From NCBI GenBank assembly GCA_002358835.1, contig DEPP01000101.1, positions 6,271-38,489 of the forward strand: 32,219 nucleotides of DNA. Direction: 5' to 3'. Position 1 is the first letter of the stretch, and each line of letters opens with the position of its first letter. Both the position numbers and the translations under genes were made by a program. This DNA is from Bacteroidales bacterium UBA3389. Lineage in GTDB: Bacteria; Bacteroidota; Bacteroidia; Bacteroidales; P3. Shown here one piece after another: positions 24,108 through 32,219 of this stretch. Under the pieces are notes generated by a model, which searched no databases, was not told the DNA's origin, and was given only the letters and a program-made list of their open reading frames with translations.

Positions 24108-26873
24108 TTACTGCTTTTCTTCGTTTTTTGTTTCATTAGCAGTATTGCTTTCTTGCATTGGAGTCAAGTACATAAGCTTAAAAAACTTCTCGTAAGTCTC
24201 AATATTCTTATTTTTATAGAAAGTAGGATAGTTCTGAATCGATATTACAAAATGAATATATTGGTCTTGATTGAAGTCTTTCAAGACTGTGTTTATGTTG
24301 TTGTAGTAATTCATAGCCTCGTCTTTACTTCTGAATCGTTTGACGCTAAGTATTTGTTTTGTCATGGTAAAGAGTGTACTTGTTGCTGAAAGTTTTTTGT
24401 CTAAATAATTTGCATCGTTAAACGCTCGAATGCGTCTTTCTAAATCTATTGCATCGATTTTGTCATCGTCAAACAACAAAACATAGTAGTGTTGCATGTC
24501 TTTGAATTTGAACATCAGCATTTCTGCATCGAGCATCTTCTTTGCTTCCTCGGCTTCTTTGTCTTGGGTTTTTGTATCTTGTGTTTGTTTCTCCGAATCT
24601 TTGTTTGAATCATCTTTTTTCTTCGGTTTGTAAGTCAGATCTATGCGTCCGTCCGGATAAGCTGCAGCAAGGTGTTGCAGTTGTGCCTCTATGATAGGAG
24701 CAATGTCGCTTTCGGTATAATTATGCAAGATAAGGTTCAGATCCATTGCCAAAGAGTCAATTCCATATAGTCGTCCTTTAGCAAGGGCTTCAACGTATAA
24801 TAGTTTTGGTATGTAAGAACCGACTTTCAATGAGTCTCTTGCCTTTGCCGATTCAATTAAGGTTTGTTCGTAAAGGTCTTTTTGATAAATTGAATAGACA
24901 TTTGAGTAAAGTATTTCGCCGATTGAACCTGCACGACTTACTTCTTCCCAATATTCGGGATTGCTTATCATCATCGCAAACTCACTTTCAGGGTATTCTT
25001 CCAATATTTTCTTCTTGTAGAAGTTAGAGTTTGGAAATTGACCTATCGCATCATAGATTTTATACAAATGATAAGAAGACGGAAGTATGTTTTGGTGAGT
25101 CGCAAAACGACGATGCAACTCTAAGAAAGTCTCGATTGCTTTGCCCGAATTGTTCAGTCCTTGATAATAAATGTAGCCTGCAGAGAGTAAAGCGTCGGCA
25201 ATCTCCTCGTTGGCTGAGTCTTTTTGAGCTTGAGTGAAAGGAATGTCTTTCGTATAATACTCTTTGGTTTCCGGATTCGTTGCTTTCTTTTTGTTGTTTG
25301 CCGTTGAGTCGGATTCAATCGGATTTCCATTCTCGTCAAACATTTCTGCCATCTGATCGAAATCGAATTCGTCTTCCTTATGGCTCAATCTCCAATTGTC
25401 TTCCAATGGACGATCACCCCAAATTCTTTGGAACTCTAATTTACCTACTTGGACGGTTGCGTTGTTGTAAAAATACCAATTCGATTTGTTTGGATTGAAT
25501 TGATCGTATTTTGTCATTCCCGCCATGCTTGCGGCCAATGCTTGTGCCTTTTTCTTTTCTTCTTCTTTTTCTTTTTGGATTCGCTTGTATTCTTCGATGT
25601 ATGAGTTTATCCTTCTGTCGAGTTCTTCTTGGCTTAGCATACTCATGGCAATCAAACTATCCCAACGTTCAACGCATCTAAGGTCTGTAACTAAGTTTGT
25701 GAGTACTTTCTGTCTGCTTTCTATGTTTGCTCTGTTCGGATAGTCTTTCGGCATGACGGCTAATGCCGTATCATAATACATTTGTGCCTTTTCGTATTTT
25801 TCAAGCAAAGAAAAATAGGTGTCGGCTGCACGAAGTGCCGAGGTGATTTTTTGTTGTTTGTTAGTAGTTGAAAGATGTACAGACTCTTCCCATTGAGTGC
25901 AGGCTTTGTCAACGTTCTTATCGCGGAAGTAGACTTCGCCTAAGGCATAGTAAACTTGATCTCTATACTCTACATTCTTTTTATCTTCCGCCATTTTGTT
26001 TAATCGAGAGATTATTGACTTGCTACTGCTTTTTTTAGGGTCGTAACACATCGCTATATTCAAGTTTGAGGCAAACTGCATCTCGTAATCGCCCGCACGG
26101 CGTGCCGTTTTCTTGAAACATTTTGTAGCTTGGTCGTATTCGTTTGCTTTTTGATATATCTGCCCTTCAATAAACAATAATCTTGTGTTAAGTTCCGATT
26201 GAAAGAATGTAAACTTGCGTTTTTTGAAATATTCTACTGCCAAAGCGTTTTTGCCTTGTGCCAAAGCATTTTCTGCATAAACGGTATATAAAAAGTTGTT
26301 TAGTTTCTTTGGAGCTTTGCCTTCATCCATCTTATTCTTTACTTGGTCAAGAAGAATGTCGCATTCGCTGTATTTTTTGCTTTTAGAATAGGTAAGGGCA
26401 AGCCAAATCATCGGCTCATACATTTCTTTCTTGTCTTTGTATTGCCCCATTATCATGGAGAATGTTGCTTCCGCACTTTTATAGTCTTGAGCGTAAAAGC
26501 AGGCTTTGCCAATTAAAAGATATGCATCGTCAATCTGCGGATTCTTTTCAACACCCGAAAACTTCATCGAATGTTTCTTGATAACCTTACTTCCTTTTTC
26601 GATAGCTCTATCAGTATTGGCTTTGATATTGTTTACATTCTCTGCCGTGCCTAACTTATATATAGGAAGGATATTTGTAAAATCGTCTTTGTGTGCTTTA
26701 TCTAATGTTTTGATAGCTTCTTTCAATGCTTGATTCCCGTTCCACCACGCATTGTAATGAGCAGTTATGCTATGGTATTGCCTATTGAGCCACTTGTCTT
26801 TGCTTGTTGAACAAGCAGATAGCAACAGCACAATGACACTTGCAAGAATCAATATTTTAGAACTTCGTTTCAA
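24108..26873 (-). CDS. porW: TPR-repeat periplasmic lipoprotein, probable type IX secretion / gliding protein PorW (SprE)
   Basis: The protein is 921 aa. It has a lipobox (LLLSACSTSK). The N-terminal LNRQYHSITAHYNAWWNGNQAL...ILPIY segment resembles what I remember of SprE. Multiple TPR-like helical repeats and a K/E/D-rich linker are present. The bactofilin-AtpZ string lies downstream. Confidence 0.6.
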   Translation of the reverse strand: MKRSSKILILASVIVLLLSACSTSKDKWLNRQYHSITAHYNAWWNGNQALKEAIKTLDKAHKDDFTNILPIYKLGTAENVNNIKANTDRAIEKGSKVIKKHSMKFSGVEKNPQIDDAYLLIGKACFYAQDYKSAEATFSMIMGQYKDKKEMYEPMIWLALTYSKSKKYSECDILLDQVKNKMDEGKAPKKLNNFLYTVYAENALAQGKNALAVEYFKKRKFTFFQSELNTRLLFIEGQIYQKANEYDQATKCFKKTARRAGDYEMQFASNLNIAMCYDPKKSSSKSIISRLNKMAEDKKNVEYRDQVYYALGEVYFRDKNVDKACTQWEESVHLSTTNKQQKITSALRAADTYFSLLEKYEKAQMYYDTALAVMPKDYPNRANIESRQKVLTNLVTDLRCVERWDSLIAMSMLSQEELDRRINSYIEEYKRIQKEKEEEKKKAQALAASMAGMTKYDQFNPNKSNWYFYNNATVQVGKLEFQRIWGDRPLEDNWRLSHKEDEFDFDQMAEMFDENGNPIESDSTANNKKKATNPETKEYYTKDIPFTQAQKDSANEEIADALLSAGYIYYQGLNNSGKAIETFLELHRRFATHQNILPSSYHLYKIYDAIGQFPNSNFYKKKILEEYPESEFAMMISNPEYWEEVSRAGSIGEILYSNVYSIYQKDLYEQTLIESAKARDSLKVGSYIPKLLYVEALAKGRLYGIDSLAMDLNLILHNYTESDIAPIIEAQLQHLAAAYPDGRIDLTYKPKKKDDSNKDSEKQTQDTKTQDKEAEEAKKMLDAEMLMFKFKDMQHYYVLLFDDDKIDAIDLERRIRAFNDANYLDKKLSATSTLFTMTKQILSVKRFRSKDEAMNYYNNINTVLKDFNQDQYIHFVISIQNYPTFYKNKNIETYEKFFKLMYLTPMQESNTANETKNEEKQ

Positions 26874-26907
26874 ATCTCTATCTCTTTATTAGATAACTAC
26901 GAAACTG

Positions 26908-26915
26908 CAAATTTA
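26908..26915 (-). promoter_or_regulatory. Candidate -7 promoter box for the porW-like gene
   Basis: The plus strand reads CAAATTTA, which is TAAATTTG on the minus strand and matches TAnnTTTG. It lies 35 nt upstream of the ATG at 26873. Confidence 0.3.
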
Positions 26916-26990
26916 TTGGATTTATTCGAAAAAACAATCGATTAAATGCAAAAAACACGTTTTTTTTCTTTCCACTCCAAAATATAGTCT

Positions 26991-26998
26991 TATATTTG
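26991..26998 (+). promoter_or_regulatory. Candidate -7 promoter box for the DUF1015 gene
   Basis: TATATTTG matches TAnnTTTG, and the same TATATTTGCAA string occurs at the tamB-like promoter. It lies 41 nt upstream of the ATG at 27040 and is followed by an A-rich leader. Confidence 0.35.
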
Positions 26999-27039
26999 CA
27001 AACAAATTTGAACAAAAATAATTAAACAAAAACAAAGAT

Positions 27040-28293
27040 ATGTCAATAGTAAAAGCGTTTAGAGGTCTTAGACCACCGGTTGAGATAGCTGAAAAGTTGG
27101 CTTCTCGTCCTTATGATGTGATGAACTCTGCTGAGGCAAGAGTAGAAGCAGACGGAAATCAATATTCTTTGCTTCATGTAACGAAAGCGGAAATAGATTT
27201 GCCAGAAGGAATTGATGAACACTCTCAAGAGGTTTATGATAAGGTTGTTGAAAACTTCAATAACTTCAAAAATCAAGGTTGGTTGGTAAAAGAAGATCGT
27301 CCAAAATTGTATATATATGCACAAACAATGGACGGACGTACACAATACGGTATTGTAGGTTGTACACACGTTGATGATTATTTCAATAACGTGATTAAGA
27401 AACACGAACTTACAAGAAAGGATAAAGAAGATGACCGTATGATTCACGTAAACATTACAAATGCTAACGTAGAACCTGTGTTCTTTGCTTATCCTGCTCA
27501 CCAAGAAATCGACCAAATGGTGAATAACATCGTTAAGAACGAAAAACCGATATATGATTTCGTAGCAAAAGAAGACGGATTCGGTCATACGTTCTGGGTA
27601 ATCGAAGATGAAGCAACAATAAAGAGAATAGAAGAGATATTCGAAAAAGAAATCCCTGCTTTGTATGTTGCAGACGGACACCATAGAACAGCGGCTGCTG
27701 CAAGAGTTGGTCAAGAAAGAAGAGCAGGAAACCCTAATCACAACGGCAATGAAGAGTATAACTACTTTATGGCTGTGATTTTCCCTGACAATCAATTGAA
27801 GATTATCGACTACAACCGTGTTGTAAAAGATTTGAATGGTCTTTCAGAAGAAGAATTCCTTGCAAAATTGAACGATACTTTCGTTGTAGAAAAAGTAGGT
27901 GCTGAAATATACAAGCCAAGCAAACTTCATGAGTTCTCAATGTACATGAACGGAGAATGGTACAAGATGACAGCAAAAGAAGGTACTTATAACGACGAAG
28001 ATCCTATCGGAGTGTTGGACGTAACCATACTTTCAGATAACGTACTCGATAAAGTATTGGATATAAAAGACCTAAGAACTTCTAAGAGAATTGATTTCGT
28101 TGGAGGTATCAGAGGTTTGGGTGAATTGAAGAGAAGAGTTGATAGCGGAGAAATGAAAGTTGCTTTCGCATTGTACGCAGTTTCAATGCAACAACTTATA
28201 AACATTGCAGATTCAGGCAACATCATGCCACCGAAAACAACTTGGTTCGAGCCTAAATTGCGTTCTGGTTTGGTAATTCACGAATTGATCTAA
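27040..28293 (+). CDS. DUF1015 family protein (conserved, function unknown)
   Basis: The protein is 417 aa. Its features are typical of DUF1015: the N-terminal VKAFRGLRP...ASRPYDV, and the central YVADGHHRTAAA. Confidence 0.8.
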   Translation: MSIVKAFRGLRPPVEIAEKLASRPYDVMNSAEARVEADGNQYSLLHVTKAEIDLPEGIDEHSQEVYDKVVENFNNFKNQGWLVKEDRPKLYIYAQTMDGRTQYGIVGCTHVDDYFNNVIKKHELTRKDKEDDRMIHVNITNANVEPVFFAYPAHQEIDQMVNNIVKNEKPIYDFVAKEDGFGHTFWVIEDEATIKRIEEIFEKEIPALYVADGHHRTAAAARVGQERRAGNPNHNGNEEYNYFMAVIFPDNQLKIIDYNRVVKDLNGLSEEEFLAKLNDTFVVEKVGAEIYKPSKLHEFSMYMNGEWYKMTAKEGTYNDEDPIGVLDVTILSDNVLDKVLDIKDLRTSKRIDFVGGIRGLGELKRRVDSGEMKVAFALYAVSMQQLINIADSGNIMPPKTTWFEPKLRSGLVIHELI

Positions 28294-28318
28294 TCGATTT
28301 TTTGAAATAAATACCGTT

Positions 28319-28386
28319 CTGCGGATTTGTACGAATGCTATTGGCTTTTGTTAGAGGCGTTCGTGCAGTTCCGCAGATTTTTTTTG
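28319..28386 (+). terminator. Rho-independent terminator after the DUF1015 gene (long stem, large loop)
   Basis: CTGCGGATTTGTACGAA (28319-28335) pairs with TTCGTGCAGTTCCGCAG (28360-28376) over 17 positions, with 1 mismatch and 2 G-U pairs. The loop is 24 nt. T8 follows at 28378-28385. Confidence 0.7.
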
Positions 28387-28411
28387 ATATGATTTTTTTG
28401 AAAATAAAGTT

Positions 28412-28954
28412 GTGGTGATGCGAAATTTTATTTTGAGTTTTATTTGTTGCGTTGGCGGGCTGTTGTTTTGTGCTTGCGAAACGGGTGTGCCTTATATGAA
28501 TACACCGCCGGGCTTAAACAGACCACTCAGTGGAGAATACATCGATATGATGTTTGGAGATGAGAGTTGGGTTGCAATAGGGGATAATCTCGGAAGTTGT
28601 TATGCCAAATTCGATTCCGTAAATCCGTTATGGTATGATGTAGTCATTTGTACGGAAGATGTGAATGATTTTTCGATTGAGCATTATCGCAAACACTTGT
28701 TTATACATATCGATACAGATAGTTCGAACAATGTGCGGGATTTTCGAATCATATATTACAAGAATAAAAACACCGAAAGGAGTGGGGATTACGAACTTAA
28801 TCTTGAAAGCCTTGATGGTACTATGCACATAACCGTAAACGATGGTAGGCTTTCGGGGGCGTTTGATGGAAGGATGAGAAATACGGGTCGTTCTTCCGAT
28901 ATACGACAAAGCACAATCATTTTCCAAGATGTGCCTCTTAGTTCGATAAGATAG
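28412..28954 (+). CDS. Hypothetical lipoprotein
   Basis: This is a 180-aa ORF. The ATG at 28418 is a more likely start than the GTG at 28412. It has a lipobox-like signal (SFICCVGGLLFCACETG). I recognise no family. Confidence 0.5.
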   Translation: MVMRNFILSFICCVGGLLFCACETGVPYMNTPPGLNRPLSGEYIDMMFGDESWVAIGDNLGSCYAKFDSVNPLWYDVVICTEDVNDFSIEHYRKHLFIHIDTDSSNNVRDFRIIYYKNKNTERSGDYELNLESLDGTMHITVNDGRLSGAFDGRMRNTGRSSDIRQSTIIFQDVPLSSIR

Positions 28955-28984
28955 TGTTTTGAATATCTGCTTGTTTTAATTGCT

Positions 28985-29075
28985 TGAAATAAAACTTTGT
29001 TTTAGAAAAATAATTCTTTGTTTTATTTTCCTAAAATCAAGAAATAATTTCCCAAAACAAAGAGTTATTTTTTGT
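28985..29075. repeat. Intergenic modular repeat, copy E (short hairpin form)
   Basis: AAAATAATTCTTTGTTTT (29007-29024) is inverted relative to AAAACAAAGAGTTATTTT (29054-29071), around one AAAATCAAGAAATAATTT unit. It matches copy A minus one 21-bp unit. Register bases lie at 28995/29016 (reverse units) and 29041/29062 (forward units). Confidence 0.8.
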
Positions 29076-29164
29076 CTTTCAAAAATCCTGAAAAGTAAAT
29101 CGGGTTTCTTCTAAACTTTTATTGTGTATTGCTGAAATCTTGTTTGGATTTGTGAAAATAGATC

Positions 29165-29836
29165 TTAGAAAACTATCTTTCCATCTTCGCAAGCAATCAC
29201 TTTTGCACGGAACTTGTCTATCACAATATAGTCGTGAGTTGCCATAAGTACGGTTGTGCCGTGTTTTTTGTTGATGTGCATAAGCAAAGTAACGATTTCT
29301 TCGCTTGTTATAGGGTCTAAATTGCCTGTAGGTTCATCTGCTAAAATCAATTCGGGCTGATTGACGATTGCTCTTGCAATTGCGACTCTCTGCATCTCGC
29401 CTTCGCTCAAATCACACGCCTGTTCCTCTACCTTATTCAACAATCCCACATCGTCCAATGCTTGCAAAATTCTTTCTTTCATCAACTTCTTATCCTTACA
29501 TCCTGTTGCTCTCAAAACAAATGCAAGATTGTCGTAAACCGAACGGTCTTTCAAAAGTTGGAAATCTTGAAAGATGATGCCGAGTTTGCGTCTTAGCATA
29601 GGAATTTGCGATCTCTTTATTTTGGTTAGGTCATAACCGCATACCATTGCTTCGCCTTGTTCTATCGGAATATCGGCATAAATCGAGCGAAGCAAAGAAC
29701 TCTTGCCCGAACCTGTCTTTCCAATCAGGTAAACAAACTCACCCTTTTCTATTTCGAGGTTTATGGATTTCAAAATGTTCTTATCGAACGACAAATCCAC
29801 ATTTTCGTACTTTATAACATATTGTTTCTCGTTCAT
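29165..29836 (-). CDS. ftsE: FtsE-like ABC transporter ATP-binding protein
   Basis: I use the ATG at 29836 (MNEKQYVIKYENV...), which gives 223 aa. It has Walker A GKTGSGKSS, Q-loop FQDFQLL, Walker B ILADEPTGNLD and H-loop ATHD. The signature motif reads LSEGE rather than LSGGE. Confidence 0.75.
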   Translation of the reverse strand: MNEKQYVIKYENVDLSFDKNILKSINLEIEKGEFVYLIGKTGSGKSSLLRSIYADIPIEQGEAMVCGYDLTKIKRSQIPMLRRKLGIIFQDFQLLKDRSVYDNLAFVLRATGCKDKKLMKERILQALDDVGLLNKVEEQACDLSEGEMQRVAIARAIVNQPELILADEPTGNLDPITSEEIVTLLMHINKKHGTTVLMATHDYIVIDKFRAKVIACEDGKIVF

Positions 29837-29838
29837 CT

Positions 29839-30957
29839 TTATTTTTTGATTCTTAGCTTTCTTATTCTCGATCTTGTAAAAGCACGAAGACCGAAAACAA
29901 AAACAAACCACATTCCTATAACATATATAATGTAGAAGATGTCTTCAAGAACGAATGCCATGGCAATCGAAATCAAAGAAATCACTACTTGAATGGACAA
30001 AGTTGTAAGTGCAATTTTACTATGCTTATAGCCGATTCTGAAGAATAAATGATGTATATGAGTTTTGTCTGCTGAGAAAGGACTCTTACCTCTTTGAACT
30101 CTGTATATGAAAACTCTGAGTGTGTCAGCCAAAGGTAAGAAAAACAGCATTATAACGACTAATAAGTTGCTCTTTATTTCCAAAGAACAAATTGTTTTTG
30201 TGTTTTCACCGTTGTAATCCATCATAACAAGCATACATATTGCCAAAAGAAAACCGATAAACAAACTTCCGGTATCACCCATGAAAATTTTAGCAGGTTG
30301 CCAATTGAAAACAAGAAATCCCAACAAACTTCCAATCATTGCAACCGCAACAAGCAACCAAAAAGATGTGTTTGCAAAATCATCTTCAAAAGAAAGGGCG
30401 CTCATATCTTTGAATACAAACATGAATATCGCAAACATAAAGCAGAAAAATAATAAAGCCTGGGTTCCTGCCTGTCCATCGATACCATCAATCAAGTTAT
30501 ATGCGTTAGAAACCACTATCATAAAAGCGATAGATAAAATATAACTCAACCAAACAGGTATTTCATTAATGCCAAACAAACCATAGAAGCTATGAATTCT
30601 TACTCCGATATAGCATAATAAAAATCCTACGGCAATTTCGCAAATAAGTTTGGTCTTGGGTGTGAGATTATTCATATCATCTCTTACTCCGACCAAAAGA
30701 ACAAGACTTATCAAGGTAATAAATGCAAGAGCCTTCCAAGTTATATCTGTATAATTCGTAATGGATACTCCAAGCAAAACAGAAACAAGTGAAGCCACAA
30801 AAATAACAACTCCACCCATGTGTGCTGTATAGCCTGGGTGAATTTTTCTTCCGCCTGAACTATCAAGAAATTTATGTTTCTCCATTAGTCGAATAAAGGG
30901 TGGCATGAGTAAATACGTTGCTAAAAAAGAAGCAACTCCGAATACAATCCATTCCAT
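29839..30957 (-). CDS. WecA/MraY-family polyprenyl-phosphate N-acetylhexosamine-1-phosphate transferase (GT4 family)
   Basis: The protein is 372 aa and multi-TM. It has the NAYNLIDGIDG and FMGDTGSLFIGF motifs and an HIHH segment near the C-terminus. Confidence 0.85.
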   Translation of the reverse strand: MEWIVFGVASFLATYLLMPPFIRLMEKHKFLDSSGGRKIHPGYTAHMGGVVIFVASLVSVLLGVSITNYTDITWKALAFITLISLVLLVGVRDDMNNLTPKTKLICEIAVGFLLCYIGVRIHSFYGLFGINEIPVWLSYILSIAFMIVVSNAYNLIDGIDGQAGTQALLFFCFMFAIFMFVFKDMSALSFEDDFANTSFWLLVAVAMIGSLLGFLVFNWQPAKIFMGDTGSLFIGFLLAICMLVMMDYNGENTKTICSLEIKSNLLVVIMLFFLPLADTLRVFIYRVQRGKSPFSADKTHIHHLFFRIGYKHSKIALTTLSIQVVISLISIAMAFVLEDIFYIIYVIGMWFVFVFGLRAFTRSRIRKLRIKK

Positions 30958-31171
30958 ACTACGTACACAATTCGTTCATAATGATATAAATTGCTACTGC
31001 AAAAATATGATATTTTTTTTACAAAGAGATAATAATCTGAAATTAAGTTACAATGGCGGAACTCTTACTTGCAGATTATCACGTTGTTAGTTAACTGTTT
31101 TATTTTCTTTCAAAGAATAGTGCATTTTATGTTGTATTTTTTTTGTACTTTTGGAGAACTTTTTCTTTTTT

Positions 31172-31240
31172 GAAAACATTGAAACGGATTCAAGTTTCGT
31201 TGGAATGAATCGAAGAAACAGAATATTGAAATCAAAATAA
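31172..31240. repeat. Intergenic modular repeat, copy F (degenerate)
   Basis: GGATTCAAGTTTCGTTGGAATGAATCGAAGAAACAGAAT aligns with the copy A core GAAATCAAGTTTCATTCGAACGAAATCAAGAAACAATTT. The guanines at 31194 and 31215 are 21 bp apart. Confidence 0.45.
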
Positions 31241-31257
31241 AAAATATACAGATAGAT

Positions 31258-32219
31258 ATGCAGACAATAATAATTTTGGATCACGGCTCTCAATACACAC
31301 AATTGATTGCCAGAAAAGTAAGAGAATTGAATGTTTATTGTGAAATACATCCTTTTAACAAAGTTCCTCAGTTTGGATCGGAGGTTGTGGGGGTTATTCT
31401 AAGTGGTAGTCCTTGCAGTGTGAGAGATGAAGATGCTCCAAAGCCGGATTTGTGGTTCAAAGGTAAGATGCCTGTTCTTGGAGTTTGTTATGGAGCACAA
31501 TACATGGTGAATGCGTTTGGTGGAAACGTGGTTGCAAGTAAGATAAGAGAGTATGGACGTGCTAATTTGAGCTATGTTGACTCTGAATCGAAATTGATGA
31601 AAAACGTTCCTTCAAATTCTCAAGTTTGGATGAGCCATGGAGATACCATAGAGTCAATGCCGCAAGGTTATAAAGTGATTTGCTCGACCGAAAGCGTTGA
31701 AAATGCAGGCTATAAGATTGAAGGAGAAGAAACATATGCTATTCAATTTCATCCGGAAGTGTATCACTCGAAAGATGGTTTGACAATATTGAAGAATTTC
31801 GTTGTAGACATTTGCGGATGTCGCCAAGATTGGACAGAAGAATCGTTTATTGATAAGACGATTGCAGAATTGAAAGAAAAACTTCAAGATGACAAAGTTG
31901 TGTTGGGACTTAGTGGTGGAGTGGATTCATCAGTTGCAGCAATGTTGCTTCATAAGGCTATCGGCAATCGCCTAAATTGTATATTCGTTGACAATGGGCT
32001 TTTGCGTAAAGATGAATTTGAAAATGTATTGCAATCATATAAAGGAATGGGATTGAATGTTATCGGAGTGGATGCAAAGGAAATTTTCTATAATGCACTA
32101 TCCGGTTTGACTGATCCTGAAAAGAAAAGAAAAGCAATAGGTAAAACGTTTATCGATGTCTTTGATGCAGAGGCAGGAAAGCTGACTGACGTGAAGTGGT
32201 TGGCACAAGGTACTATTTA
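31258..32219 (+). CDS. guaA: GMP synthase (glutamine-hydrolysing), 5' part; it runs off the window end
   Basis: This ORF is absent from the ORF track because no stop is reached. My hand translation from the ATG at 31258 gives [34 protein letters not shown]...GVCYGAQ...QFHPEV...LSGGVDSSV...KRKAIGK...LAQGTIY. Confidence 0.95.
   Translation, partial: MQTIIILDHGSQYTQLIARKVRELNVYCEIHPFNKVPQFGSEVVGVILSGSPCSVRDEDAPKPDLWFKGKMPVLGVCYGAQYMVNAFGGNVVASKIREYGRANLSYVDSESKLMKNVPSNSQVWMSHGDTIESMPQGYKVICSTESVENAGYKIEGEETYAIQFHPEVYHSKDGLTILKNFVVDICGCRQDWTEESFIDKTIAELKEKLQDDKVVLGLSGGVDSSVAAMLLHKAIGNRLNCIFVDNGLLRKDEFENVLQSYKGMGLNVIGVDAKEIFYNALSGLTDPEKKRKAIGKTFIDVFDAEAGKLTDVKWLAQGTI

Noticed and set aside
24081-24389. 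A 102-aa plus-strand ORF at the porW-like 3' end
   Set aside because: It is antisense to the C-terminus of the 921-aa CDS, and its hydrophobic low-complexity translation is typical of reverse-frame artefacts.
27043-27795. A 250-aa ORF on the minus strand, antisense to the DUF1015 gene
   Set aside because: It lies entirely inside a well-supported plus-strand CDS. Its translation is low-complexity (rich in F, I, C, V and S) with no motifs. Long antisense ORFs of this kind are expected in A/T-rich genes whose codon bias depletes stops on the opposite strand.
28244-28253. GGTTCGAGCC, a tRNA T-arm-like string
   Set aside because: It lies in frame inside the DUF1015 CDS (TTWFEPK). No acceptor, D-arm or anticodon-arm complementarity surrounds it.
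29165-29911. The longer 248-aa version of the ftsE-like ORF
   Set aside because: The extra 25 N-terminal residues overlap the 3' end of the WecA-like gene. The ATG at 29836 sits 2 nt after that gene's stop and gives the normal FtsE length of about 223 aa.
31087-31350. An 87-aa minus-strand ORF overlapping the guaA start and repeat copy F
   Set aside because: It is antisense to the unmistakable guaA N-terminus, and its translation is a low-complexity Y/F/I-rich sequence.
1-32219. A search for a defence island, mobile element, prophage or toxin-antitoxin module
   Set aside because: I found no integrase, transposase, recombinase, nuclease/helicase pair, restriction-modification motifs, reverse transcriptase, Cas or phage structural genes. 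Gene content and tight co-directional packing look like conserved core chromosome. The only accessory-looking material is the short intergenic repeat family.

Overview
This is an A/T-rich chromosomal segment that reads as core genome of a Bacteroidota (probably Bacteroidales-like) organism. I support 25 CDSs. They include type IX secretion genes: a CTD cargo tail, porU, porV and a PorW/SprE-like TPR lipoprotein. They also include housekeeping genes: ispF, priA, a MeaB/ArgK-type GTPase, an SDR, pgk, a TamB-like protein, mgsA, an S46 dipeptidyl-peptidase, an ftsE-like ATPase, a WecA/MraY-family transferase and guaA. The rest are small envelope proteins. I saw no rRNA, tRNA, CRISPR array, integrase, transposase, phage gene or recognisable defence or toxin gene, so I do not claim a new multi-gene protein system. 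The most unusual signal is non-coding. A modular repeat built from CAAAGA-type and TCAAGAAA-type units recurs in six intergenic gaps (about 213-300, 11807-11894, 16990-17080, 22053-22200, 28985-29075 and a degenerate copy at 31172-31240). Its units keep a strict 21-bp register, which is two helical turns, and I do not recognise it as a named element. Secondary observations are as follows. (1) A tightly packed PorW/SprE - bactofilin - AtpZ/AtpI-like - membrane protein string looks like the head of an F-type ATP synthase operon but runs into a lipoprotein and a YqaA-like gene instead of atpB. (2) An isolated, translationally coupled flippase plus FrhB-like Fe-S protein pair has no glycosyltransferases nearby. 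(3) A Bacteroidetes-type promoter sits so close to the tamB-like ATG that the mRNA would be nearly leaderless. (4) The FtsE-like ATPase has LSEGE in place of the LSGGE signature. All product calls come from motif recognition in the supplied translations, and no database search was possible.
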